In this document: positions 9,514 to 18,316 of the stretch, piece by piece
How the letters are laid out: each line of letters begins with the position of its first letter
How positions within the stretch are numbered: the stretch's first letter is position 1
Source: Candidatus Woesebacteria bacterium RIFCSPLOWO2_01_FULL_39_23
Lineage (GTDB): Bacteria > Patescibacteriota > Microgenomatia > UBA8517
Assembly: GCA_001793095.1 (NCBI GenBank)
Contig: MGHG01000008.1
Location: 269 to 64,268 of the forward strand
Direction of reading: 5' to 3'
Length of the DNA: 64,000 bases
Notes under the pieces: model-generated
What the model was told of the DNA's origin: nothing
The model's database searches: none
Seen by the model: only the letters and a program-made list of their open reading frames with translations
Made by a program: the position numbers and the translations under genes

Positions 9514-10002
9514 ATGAAAAAGGAATACGTCCTAATATTTATTATCGGTCTTTTCTTACTCTCTTACGTACTCGATGCTGTCGTGAATCCCCTGCACCTT
9601 AATCTGCCAACCCCCTATCACTATCTTGATCCTAAGGTTTTGAATCTCTACCCGTTTACAACCGCGTCAATAGTTATAAAAGGTATTGCGCTATTTCTTA
9701 CACCTCTTCTTCTCCTCTCACTGGTCGAGGGGTATTACCCTGCTAAAGCAGGAGCGCTTTTAATTCTAATTGCTCTGATGCAGCTCTACGCTCTTCAGGA
9801 TATCGCCACCAAAGCTCAGGTAGTTCCGCTTGAATGGGCTCTTTCAATATCGCTCGCCGGGGTTACACTAATACTGCCTGCCATCTGGTATTTTATAATG
9901 GGTGGAATATCATGGCTGCATAAAAGTCTGGGAGGAAAAGAAGAAAACACAACAGAAACCCAAGAAAGTGAAGACATTAATAAAGAACCGTCTTCTCAAT
10001 AA
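9514..10002 (+). CDS. Hypothetical membrane protein
   Basis: Four TM segments. Confidence 0.7.
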   Translation: MKKEYVLIFIIGLFLLSYVLDAVVNPLHLNLPTPYHYLDPKVLNLYPFTTASIVIKGIALFLTPLLLLSLVEGYYPAKAGALLILIALMQLYALQDIATKAQVVPLEWALSISLAGVTLILPAIWYFIMGGISWLHKSLGGKEENTTETQESEDINKEPSSQ

Positions 10003-10400
10003 GCCGAAAGATTACTCTTCCCCCTTTCAACTATCTTCCCCCAAATAAAGTTTTGAGCAAAATTAGCTACTAAGCCGAGTAGTAGTGCCCACCAAAAGGA
10101 GCTTATGCCAAAACCTGCTATATGAGAAAATCTCGAAACGAGCCAAAATGCAGTAAAATTAAACGCCCAAAAGATAAAAAAACGCCCGCTAACTTTGTCG
10201 AGTTTGATATCTCTTACATAGAGATAGTCCCACATTGCCCAAAACACCACCATTGTCCAAAATCCTGCATAAATTGCTGATTCAACCATATTAAATCTAA
10301 AGTTACCCAGAACTACATTGTCCGGAAAAACTAGACCGACAACAAGAAGGAGAAGAATATTGGCTAACCAGTAAAGCAGGTACAAGATATGATTATACAT
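9996..10400 (-). CDS. Hypothetical 4-TM membrane protein (holin-like size)
   Basis: Four hydrophobic helices; GFGISSFWWALL; AAGGTGA RBS upstream. Confidence 0.65.
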   Translation of the reverse strand: MYNHILYLLYWLANILLLLVVGLVFPDNVVLGNFRFNMVESAIYAGFWTMVVFWAMWDYLYVRDIKLDKVSGRFFIFWAFNFTAFWLVSRFSHIAGFGISSFWWALLLGLVANFAQNFIWGKIVERGKSNLSAY

Positions 10401-10409
10401 TAATTAATT

Positions 10410-10799
10410 TCACCTTCTCTCCCGCACCAATTTAGCTAAAGAAAGACTTCCAGATATTCGTTTCTTTAGTTCATTGAGTGCTTGTCCATAATTTTTTAAT
10501 CTATATTCACGGGTCATTGCGTCTTCTTTTGATTTATGACGTCCTCCGCGGACCAAGAGTCCGCGGTTTCCCTCTAAAGGAGGACGACATATCAAGTTCA
10601 ATTCATCTCCGGGCTGATAGCCCGGAGTTTTCTCGAAATTGCTATAACTCTCATTGTATACTAAAATCCAAGGCCCTTTTTTTCTGGTAGAGAAACTCCT
10701 GTTTGTATTATGTTCAACAATCCTTTTTTTAATATTATTTGTATAACCTATGTAAAGCTCTCCGGTAACGAAACTTACCAATATGTAAACATAATACAT
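10410..10799 (-). CDS. GIY-YIG nuclease with in-frame 36-aa insertion
   Basis: MYYVYIL..LYIGYT..R..EHN..ST..GPW.LVY.E.Y; colinear with 41573-41836 apart from the insert. Confidence 0.85.
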   Translation of the reverse strand: MYYVYILVSFVTGELYIGYTNNIKKRIVEHNTNRSFSTRKKGPWILVYNESYSNFEKTPGYQPGDELNLICRPPLEGNRGLLVRGGRHKSKEDAMTREYRLKNYGQALNELKKRISGSLSLAKLVRERR

Positions 10800-10817
10800 A
10801 GCTAATTTGGTGCGGGA
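10420..10817 (-). mobile_element. CCCGCACC inverted-repeat element carrying GIY-YIG gene (copy 1)
   Basis: TCCCGCACCAATTTAGCTA (10420-10438) versus TAGCTAATTTGGTGCGGGA (10799-10817), 18/19 inverted match. Confidence 0.75.
10536..10643 (-). mobile_element. 108-bp non-autonomous IS200/IS605-type miniature element
   Basis: Minus strand: inserted 3' of TTAT; subterminal hairpins CTCCGGGCTATCAGCCCGGAG and CCGCGGACTCTTGGTCCGCGG; ends GGAGGACGTCAT; removal restores ESY-KSK. Confidence 0.8.
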
Positions 10818-10829
10818 CTCTACCAAAAA

Positions 10830-11408
10830 TTATTTTCCTATAACTACCCTAGCCGAGGCGGTTGAATTTTCCAACTCACCTGCAACAGACGCTATCCCAT
10901 ATTTATCTTTAATATCCGTAAGTAACACATCTATGCTATCTTTATATTTAGAATTTACCATAACATAGTTTGTAGCACTCGACTTAGTATTTCCAACCAG
11001 ATTTATGACATAACCAAGCTCTTTTAATTCGTCCGCCACCTTCCCCGCTACGCCCGGTCGACCGGAACCGTTTAATACCTCAAGGTTAATTTCATCCCTG
11101 CCCAGTTGATCTGACACCGCCCCCGAAATTGTTACCTCAGTAGCCGTCTCTTTACTACTTTCAATTACTGTAGCTTTTTCCTCGGTATCGACCGGCATTT
11201 TTATCTTAAGATATAAAAGTGAACCTGTCGCCAGTATGATCACAACAAGAAGCATCAGTCCTACATAATAAATACGCCTGTTACTCGTCTCTAAAGGTAT
11301 CTCTTCTCTCTCCGAGCCGGAGGTCTCTTCCTCCTGGCCAGAAGTCCTTCCGGACTGGTGGCCGAGCCGGTGGCTCTCTTGATCACTATTCTGATTTTTA
11401 GTAGCCAT
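10830..11408 (-). CDS. Membrane-anchored LytR C-terminal domain protein
   Basis: TM, then EVLNGSGRPGVAG..ADEL...GY....GN and final VVIGK. Confidence 0.85.
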   Translation of the reverse strand: MATKNQNSDQESHRLGHQSGRTSGQEEETSGSEREEIPLETSNRRIYYVGLMLLVVIILATGSLLYLKIKMPVDTEEKATVIESSKETATEVTISGAVSDQLGRDEINLEVLNGSGRPGVAGKVADELKELGYVINLVGNTKSSATNYVMVNSKYKDSIDVLLTDIKDKYGIASVAGELENSTASARVVIGK

Positions 11409-11553
11409 ATATTTGAATGCCAGTTGTCTTAGTTATTATTACAAATGTATTATTAGATAACAAGACGTTAAAGCAAAGAACACAAGAGCATAAAATCACG
11501 AGAAAAATGTTGTGGTGTTTTAATGTTTTCTTGGTTTAATGATTTAATAAAGT

Positions 11554-13194
11554 ATGCTGCAAACTCAGTTCTTACTTACTAATGCTCATTTTACGCTAAA
11601 TCTTCTGACGGCTTTAGTTTGCTTCGCAGTCTCCTGGTTATATTTTGATGCATGGCTAGGACGCCACGATTATAAAGAGAGTACAAAGTCGCTGGGATTT
11701 TTACTTTTATCTCTGTCATTTGCTGTCCATGCTACCCAAATTGAGCAAACAATTCTGAAAAACCCACTTCTTAATTCTGAAGTTACCAATATTTTGACTG
11801 CAGCTTTTATCATTAGCGCTTTTCTAGTACTCATAATCGGCCAATTTGTAGATCCGCTTCAGCCTCTCCCCTCCTACCGGCTGAGTATGGAAAAAAATGT
11901 CCATGGCTTTGGAATTAAGAAGAGTAAAGACAAATCAGCAGCAATACTGCTATTGGGGAAAATCGCTCCGCTTGTATTTGTACCTTTCTTATATCCAGTT
12001 CTTGCCATTTTTACAGGTTTCCTTTATTTAAGAAGAGCCACGTTGGGATTGGAATACCACCTAAGAACAATAGGTTATAGCTTAACGATACTTGCAATAA
12101 GTGAACTACTTTCTCTTTCCGCCTTATTTAGAGGCAGTACAAACATTACACTGGAAAGAATAGTCGGCGCTTTCGGACCGATTTGGATGGTCGAACATGT
12201 CCTCCAACTGATATTTACTATTTATTTAGGTCGATGGGTTTGGGCTTATTTGACCAAACGCTTGGAAACGCAACTTTTTATTATTTTCGATACAGTCATC
12301 CTTATTGTATTTTTACTTACAGCAATCTTTTTCACCTCCGTTTCGTTATCAAATATGCGCCAGGATATTCTCGCCAATCTCGAAACTAATGTGGCACTTC
12401 TTGCTTATACAATTGACGGCAAAAAGGCAGAAACGCTCTCCGACGTTGAAATGCTGTCTCAAAACCCTGAGTTAATTACGGCACTCAAAGACCAGGATAA
12501 GAAAGCGCTGACTGAGCTCACAACTACAACGCTTATCACAAAAAGTAAAGACTTTCTGGTTGTAGTTGATGAAAACGGTGCAATATTAGCCCGTGGAGAT
12601 GATCCCGAAAAAATCGGAGGATCGCTCTCGGACGATCCTCTGATTAAAAAGGCACTCACGGGCAGCAGTATTACCGGCCTCGTCACAAAAGATGGAGTTA
12701 TGGCTCCTGTCGTGTCTGTAAGAGCTGCTGCGCCTGTTAAAGTAGGTGAAGACATAATTGGAGCAGTAACGATCGGCTCAGTTGTAGATAACGCTTTTGT
12801 CGATGGCCTGAAAAATGCAACAGGCCTGGATGCCAGCGTCTACGCCGACAATATCCGTTCAGCTACTACTTTTATTGCACCGGATGCCAAAAGCAGATGG
12901 ATCGGCATAAAAGAAGAAAACAAAGACGTCAGGAAAACAGTGCTCAACGAAGGTAACATATATACCGGATCTCTATCAATTCTGAATATCCCCTACCTCG
13001 TAGCTTTTGCTCCGATAAAAAACATCGACGAAAACCCCATCGGCATGCTCTTTGTCGGTAAACCTGAAGTTACGACAATTCAAACAGCGAGTAAACTTAT
13101 TGAGCAGACCTTTATAGTAACCGTCGGACTCCTGATGTTGTCATTCTTCCCTTCTTATTTCGTTTCCCGCTACATCATTAGTGAGGTAAAATAG
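11554..13194 (+). CDS. Polytopic membrane protein with Cache-type sensor domain and no output domain
   Basis: Seven or more TMs; DFLVVVDENG, AAAPV, RSATT, Y...F.PIKN.....IGMLFVG; ends just after a TM. Confidence 0.75.
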   Translation: MLQTQFLLTNAHFTLNLLTALVCFAVSWLYFDAWLGRHDYKESTKSLGFLLLSLSFAVHATQIEQTILKNPLLNSEVTNILTAAFIISAFLVLIIGQFVDPLQPLPSYRLSMEKNVHGFGIKKSKDKSAAILLLGKIAPLVFVPFLYPVLAIFTGFLYLRRATLGLEYHLRTIGYSLTILAISELLSLSALFRGSTNITLERIVGAFGPIWMVEHVLQLIFTIYLGRWVWAYLTKRLETQLFIIFDTVILIVFLLTAIFFTSVSLSNMRQDILANLETNVALLAYTIDGKKAETLSDVEMLSQNPELITALKDQDKKALTELTTTTLITKSKDFLVVVDENGAILARGDDPEKIGGSLSDDPLIKKALTGSSITGLVTKDGVMAPVVSVRAAAPVKVGEDIIGAVTIGSVVDNAFVDGLKNATGLDASVYADNIRSATTFIAPDAKSRWIGIKEENKDVRKTVLNEGNIYTGSLSILNIPYLVAFAPIKNIDENPIGMLFVGKPEVTTIQTASKLIEQTFIVTVGLLMLSFFPSYFVSRYIISEVK

Positions 13195-13220
13195 ACAGGA
13201 AATCATGAGAGCATTAAATC

Positions 13221-13652
13221 ATGAAAACATTAAAACAAGAAAACATGGAGACCACAAAAAATACAAATAGTAAAATAGAAAAAGGAACCTTTAAAAATAA
13301 ATTGGTAAAAAGGATGGATGATTTTGTTCACTTTATTTATAAAATAACCAAAAATTATCCCAAAGAAGAGCTTTATGGTTCAACAAATCAGTTACGGCGA
13401 GCTTCACTCTCGGTAATCTTAAATTATATAGAAGGTTATGCTCGCAGGAGGCCGGCAACACAACTTACTTTTTTTGAAACCGCTTATGGTTCCTTAAAAG
13501 AATCGAGTTATTTATTAGACTTTTCTAAAGATGAAGGCTGGTTATATATTAACGATTATGACAGCGCAAAGAAGCTTGTAGATGAAATCGGAGCAATGCT
13601 TTGGACAGAAATAAAAAATCTTGATAACTCAATTAAGTTGTCAAAACTTTAA
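13221..13652 (+). CDS. Four helix bundle protein (23S rRNA IVS-protein family)
   Basis: IYKIT..YPKEELYG...QLRRASLSV.LN..EGY.R.....F...AYGSL.E. Confidence 0.9.
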   Translation: MKTLKQENMETTKNTNSKIEKGTFKNKLVKRMDDFVHFIYKITKNYPKEELYGSTNQLRRASLSVILNYIEGYARRRPATQLTFFETAYGSLKESSYLLDFSKDEGWLYINDYDSAKKLVDEIGAMLWTEIKNLDNSIKLSKL

Positions 13653-13660
13653 ATTGATAA

Positions 13661-13737
13661 ATCATCAAAACATCAAGTCAGGACAGCGCTGTATTCGCGA
13701 TTTTATGCTCTAGTGCTCTGGTGTTCTTGTGATTTAA
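13661..13737. repeat. Dispersed 8-mer-periodic repeat, copy near four-helix gene
   Basis: About 70-nt near-identical direct copy at 14702-14772; inverted partial copy at 11476-11503. Confidence 0.75.
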
Positions 13738-13740
13738 CGG

Positions 13741-14145
13741 TTATTTGGAGGCGGCGCGGGGAACTTCGTCTCGGGTTGTAGCTGCAAGAATTTCCCTTAT
13801 TTGAGCAACAATCTCTCTCGGCTTATTTTGGGATTTAACGATATATTTAATCGCTCCCAGCTCGAGTGCGTGCTCGGCATCTTTCGCCCCAGAGAGGTTG
13901 GTCAAAACAACAACCGGTATCTTTTTGTAATTGGGATCGGCCTTAATTTCTTCCAACACCTCGATACCGCTCATTTTCGGCATCATGATATCCAGAAGTA
14001 TCATCACAGGAGTATTTTTCTTAAGTTTCTCAAGCCCCTCCTCACCGTTTCTAGCCATATCTACCTCGAAGCCTTCAAACTCAAAGACCGTTTGATACAT
14101 TCTCGATATTAATGGATCATCCTCGCAAATTAATACCCGGGTCAT
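13741..14145 (-). CDS. Stand-alone CheY-like response regulator
   Basis: LICEDD, LLDIMMP..SG, LTNL, Y.VK. Confidence 0.95.
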   Translation of the reverse strand: MTRVLICEDDPLISRMYQTVFEFEGFEVDMARNGEEGLEKLKKNTPVMILLDIMMPKMSGIEVLEEIKADPNYKKIPVVVLTNLSGAKDAEHALELGAIKYIVKSQNKPREIVAQIREILAATTRDEVPRAASK

Positions 14146-14155
14146 AGTTTTATCT

Positions 14156-14665
14156 TTAAGCCTTATCCCCGACCTTTTCCGGTACTACACCAGCAGTCGA
14201 AGGCATGCCAGTTGCCGTAGATGCAGCTGGATCCGGTGTAGTACTTTGAGATGGAGCCGAAGTGTCCTTGTCTTTAGAAGGAGTTGTACCGGCAGACTTA
14301 GATTGTATAAATTCTTTTGCATAAGCGGCCACTTCTTTCGGACGGTACTCACTTTTCACCATATAAGCAAAGGCACCTTTTGAAATTGCTATTTCGGCGT
14401 CTCGTGTACCGGAGAGGTTGGTCAACATAATGACCGGTATTGCTTGGGTATCAGGATTGGCTTTAAGGCGATCCAAGACCTCAATACCATTCATTTTCGG
14501 CATCATGATGTCACAAAAAATTAAATCAGGCTTTAATGTCTCTGCCTTCTTTAGACCCTCTCGCCCATCAGCTGCCACCTCGATTTCAAAGCCCTCAAAC
14601 GAAAGCACCTTCTGGTACATCCGGACAACCAGGGGGTCGTCTTCGATAAGTAAAACTTTAGCCAT
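14156..14665 (-). CDS. CheY-like response regulator with low-complexity tail
   Basis: LIEDD, CDIMMPKMNG, LTNL, YMVK. Confidence 0.95.
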   Translation of the reverse strand: MAKVLLIEDDPLVVRMYQKVLSFEGFEIEVAADGREGLKKAETLKPDLIFCDIMMPKMNGIEVLDRLKANPDTQAIPVIMLTNLSGTRDAEIAISKGAFAYMVKSEYRPKEVAAYAKEFIQSKSAGTTPSKDKDTSAPSQSTTPDPAASTATGMPSTAGVVPEKVGDKA

Positions 14666-14701
14666 ATATCAGTAAATCATTAAATCGATAAATAAGTAAA
14701 G

Positions 14702-14772
14702 CATCAAAACATAAAATCAGGACAGCACTGTTTTCGTGATTTTATGCTCTAGTGCTCTTGTGCTTTGATGTT
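14702..14772. repeat. Second copy of dispersed 8-mer-periodic repeat
   Basis: CATCAAAACAT.AA.TCAGGACAGC.CTGT.TTCG.GATTTTATGCTCTAGTGCTCT shared with 13664-13725. Confidence 0.75.
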
Positions 14773-15141
14773 TCCCAATATTTCTCGTATTTTTTGAGCT
14801 ATATCTTTCGGTTTCAAATCCTTTTTAACCCAGTAAGCATAAGCACCCTTTTCCTTTGCAAGCTCAATATCGTGCATACCCGAAAGATTAGTAAGCATGA
14901 CAACAGGGATATCGGCCGTCTCCGGATCTGATTTTATGTGTTCCAACGCCTCAATTCCGTTCATCTCGGGCATCATAATATCCATAAGGATAAAATCCGG
15001 TTTTTCACTCTTTGCATATTCGACTCCCTTTCTTCCGCCATTTGCCGTTACCACTTCAATATCATTGAATGTCAGGGCTGTTTCAAACATCCTCACAACT
15101 AAGGGTTCATCTTCGACAATCAATACTTTAAGACTTTCCAT
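14749..15141 (-). CDS. Stand-alone CheY-like response regulator
   Basis: LIVEDE, MDIMMPEMNG, LTNL, YWVK. Confidence 0.95.
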   Translation of the reverse strand: MESLKVLIVEDEPLVVRMFETALTFNDIEVVTANGGRKGVEYAKSEKPDFILMDIMMPEMNGIEALEHIKSDPETADIPVVMLTNLSGMHDIELAKEKGAYAYWVKKDLKPKDIAQKIREILGNIKAQEH

Positions 15142-15206
15142 ACTCTTATATATACACCCTCCGTAGTGGGTTTATCAATATGATTTCCGGGTAACGCGTC
15201 CTGCAG

Positions 15207-15581
15207 TCAAGGACGTAAGATCGCTTGTACTTTTTTTCCTAAACCTTTCACCTTAACATCACATTTAACCCAATAGTCAAGTGCCCCTTTGGCCTTGGCC
15301 AGCTCAGCATCGTGTTTCCCCGACAGATTGGTCAACATGACAACCGGAATGCCCGCTATATCGGGATCGGCCTTAATTTTCTCCAACACCTCAATACCGT
15401 CGGGTTCAGGCATCATAATATCCAAAAGTACAACATCAGGTTTTTCAGATTTAACCTTAGTCAACCCATCCAGCCCACCCAAGGCCACAGTTACGTCAAA
15501 ACCGTCAAACTTCAGAGCTTCCTGATACATCCTGGCAATTATATCCTCGTCTTCAACGATTAAAACTTTAGCCATACTCAT
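15207..15581 (-). CDS. Stand-alone CheY-like response regulator
   Basis: LIVEDE, LLDIMMPEPDG, LTNL, YWVK. Confidence 0.95.
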   Translation of the reverse strand: MSMAKVLIVEDEDIIARMYQEALKFDGFDVTVALGGLDGLTKVKSEKPDVVLLDIMMPEPDGIEVLEKIKADPDIAGIPVVMLTNLSGKHDAELAKAKGALDYWVKCDVKVKGLGKKVQAILRP

Positions 15582-15654
15582 TAAACTTAAACTTATTTAT
15601 TTTATATTTCAACATCCTCTTTTGGAGTTACGTCCGCACCTTAGGGGAAATCGA

Positions 15655-18261
15655 CTAACCTTTATCCTCTAAAAGAGGAAGCGTAAATGCAAATGTACTC
15701 CCCTTCCCTATACTACTTTTTTCCAGATCCAATTTGCCTCCCATAACCCTCATAAATTCCCTGCTAATATAGAGTCCCAAACCAGTACCACCAGCTTCAC
15801 GCTCAATGGTCCGGTCCATTGCCTGCTGAAATCTCCTGAAAAGAAGCGTATGTTTTGAGATTGGAATACCCATACCCGTATCCTCAACATAAAATTTAAT
15901 ACCATGAGGAACTAATTCATGCCAAACCTTAATACCACCTTTCTCGGTAAACTTAATACTATTCCCAATTAAATTAATGAAGACTTCTTTCAGAAGACCG
16001 GGATCAGCGGATACTATAACATCCCTACTGTCACAGACATAACTCAGGTCTAAGCCTTTTTCTTTGGCAAGCGCTTTAAGTTCATTTATTACCTCTTTAC
16101 CAAGTTTACAGGCATCGACAGGCATCAAATCATATTTTAGTCTTCCTTGATCGAGTCGTGATACATTTAAGAAATCCGTTACCATTTTCATTAACCTGTC
16201 GGCCGCCGTCATTGAGTCTTTTAGGAGAGATGTATCGGCTGAGGTTAAATTACTTTTACCATAGCCAGCCAAAATCGTATCAAGATTTCCGCTGATTACC
16301 GTCAGAGGGGTTCTGAGCTCATGTGATGCAATTGAGAAAAAGTCATCTTTTTGCTGCTGGAGACGCATGTCTTCGGTAATGTCGTGAATTATCCGTACTA
16401 CTCCTATAAATTCCTTGTCGACATACACCGGAGCTGCATTAATAATGACACCGAAATTACCTTCCCGCTTTTTAGCAATCCAAACTTTGGTCTCTTTCTT
16501 TTTAGCAGTAACCGCAGCCGCGTCCGATAGTTGTGCCGGAGATATCAATTTTCCCTTGACATCATATGCTTTTATGACTTCGGAAAAATCGCGACCTGAA
16601 AGTTCGGCTTCACTATAGCCGGTCATATTACTGAAGGATGGGTTTACGTAACTTACAAGGCCACGCGAATTTGTAAGTATCACACCCTCATCAGTGTTTT
16701 CCAATATCGAGAGGCTTTTACCCTGTTCTTCTTTGAGCTCTTTTGTCCGTGATTTAATAGTTTCTTCGATAATAATTTTGGCTTCCTTCTCAACCGTGGC
16801 GTCCCTGAAAACCTTAACAACTCCGACAACTTTTCCGTCGACGAGCATCGGCGTTGTTACCGAAGTGACCGGGAACTTTCTGCCGTTCGGAAGCACGTAA
16901 TAATGATCCGCGTCAAGTGGTGTAATTAAACTTACCCCCATATTTAATACTTTGATTGAGGTTCGCTCACTCTCAGGTATCTCTCTACCGCCAACATAAG
17001 CTTTAACAAACTCTGTCCACTTGTGACCAATTACCTCTTTCTCGTCCACACCAAAAAGGCTTACTGCCTTTGCATTAATTAAATCAATTTTATGGTCGCG
17101 ATCAATCATTAGTACTCCCTCGCCCATCGACCCAACTATCAAACTTAAGGTATTTTTATCTTCCTTCAGTTGGGCAGTAACCTCTTGGACAAGCGCGTCT
17201 GCTCTCATTCCACCCCTTACTATAGTGCGCGTTAAACCAAACAACGCAAAACTCAATAAACAACCGGAAATCAAAACAATCGCCGGTAAATACTCCACGG
17301 CCCCAGTACGCAGAGTTGGTGTGGGAGTAAAAAACTCGACTTCCCATTGCCGGCCTGCGATGTCTAATGTCCTTTTGGCTAAACTAAACACATCATGTTC
17401 TTCATGCTCTTCCTCCTTAAGTGTGTCAAAAACAATTTTACCACCATCATTTACGTGTACCTCGATTTTCTTGGCAATAGCCTCAGAAAATAGATCCGAC
17501 ATAAGCTCTTGATAACCATATGCTGAATTAACAAAACCAACTAAGGCTTGCCTTCTTTCTTGCTGGGTATTAGCTGAAGCGCCATTTTTGTAAATGGCAA
17601 GCGTTACCAAAAATCCAGACATTTCAGGACCTGCCAAAATAACCGGACCAGATGCTACTGCTTCGCCGGTATCCCTGGCATGCTCCATAGCTACCCTTCT
17701 GGTTTCATCTAGACTTTGATCTAATCCATAAGAAACAGGTGTACCAAGTTCAGGCTGTCGGACTATGTAATTTAAAAAATAATGTTCGGGGACGTCGGCG
17801 ACGTGTTCAGGTATGCTGGTTATCGGTAAACCTTCCTTGTTGAGCTCTTGTTTCAAATTCTCAAGAAAGTGACTTGCATCTTTATGTGCAACTCTGCTTG
17901 TATAACCGAAAGAATATATACCGGGGTATTGGCTGGATATATCCAGTGCTGTAAAATAGTCATCAAATTCACTCCGTTCGACATCAACGCTCGCCGAAAA
18001 TAAACCCTTGACAGAATATAGAGCCCCAACATAGCGATCCATATTGGACTTAGCCGCTTGCTCTATTCTACTTACTTCGCCAAGCATCTCTGTCCTATTT
18101 TGTCTTTCAACTAGCGAATCCACTGTTTTCCAAAATCCAAAGGTTATACCCAGTAAAAGTATTAAGACAATAACATCCAGTGAAGATTTAAATTGAGATA
18201 TGAAGTTAGTGGTATTTTTAACCATACATTTAAAGATGACACAAATTGCCAGACTTCGCAA
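15655..18261 (-). CDS. CHASE-PAS-PAS sensor histidine kinase
   Basis: H-box SHELRTPL, N-box NLIGNSIKFT, DTGMGI, GTGLGL; CHASE motif R..AME.ARDTG; two PAS domains. Confidence 0.95.
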   Translation of the reverse strand: MRSLAICVIFKCMVKNTTNFISQFKSSLDVIVLILLLGITFGFWKTVDSLVERQNRTEMLGEVSRIEQAAKSNMDRYVGALYSVKGLFSASVDVERSEFDDYFTALDISSQYPGIYSFGYTSRVAHKDASHFLENLKQELNKEGLPITSIPEHVADVPEHYFLNYIVRQPELGTPVSYGLDQSLDETRRVAMEHARDTGEAVASGPVILAGPEMSGFLVTLAIYKNGASANTQQERRQALVGFVNSAYGYQELMSDLFSEAIAKKIEVHVNDGGKIVFDTLKEEEHEEHDVFSLAKRTLDIAGRQWEVEFFTPTPTLRTGAVEYLPAIVLISGCLLSFALFGLTRTIVRGGMRADALVQEVTAQLKEDKNTLSLIVGSMGEGVLMIDRDHKIDLINAKAVSLFGVDEKEVIGHKWTEFVKAYVGGREIPESERTSIKVLNMGVSLITPLDADHYYVLPNGRKFPVTSVTTPMLVDGKVVGVVKVFRDATVEKEAKIIIEETIKSRTKELKEEQGKSLSILENTDEGVILTNSRGLVSYVNPSFSNMTGYSEAELSGRDFSEVIKAYDVKGKLISPAQLSDAAAVTAKKKETKVWIAKKREGNFGVIINAAPVYVDKEFIGVVRIIHDITEDMRLQQQKDDFFSIASHELRTPLTVISGNLDTILAGYGKSNLTSADTSLLKDSMTAADRLMKMVTDFLNVSRLDQGRLKYDLMPVDACKLGKEVINELKALAKEKGLDLSYVCDSRDVIVSADPGLLKEVFINLIGNSIKFTEKGGIKVWHELVPHGIKFYVEDTGMGIPISKHTLLFRRFQQAMDRTIEREAGGTGLGLYISREFMRVMGGKLDLEKSSIGKGSTFAFTLPLLEDKG

Positions 18262-18316
18262 GAAAGAATAAAAATTTGCTCTACTAATTCTCCCATGGAG
18301 CAGGCTTTTTCAAGAA

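Noticed and set aside
13801-15563. Plus-strand ORFs over the response regulators (and similar shadow ORFs elsewhere)
   Set aside because: Antisense shadows of well-supported genes.
15630-15645. Lone CCGCACC as another element end
   Set aside because: No matching GGTGCGG partner nearby.
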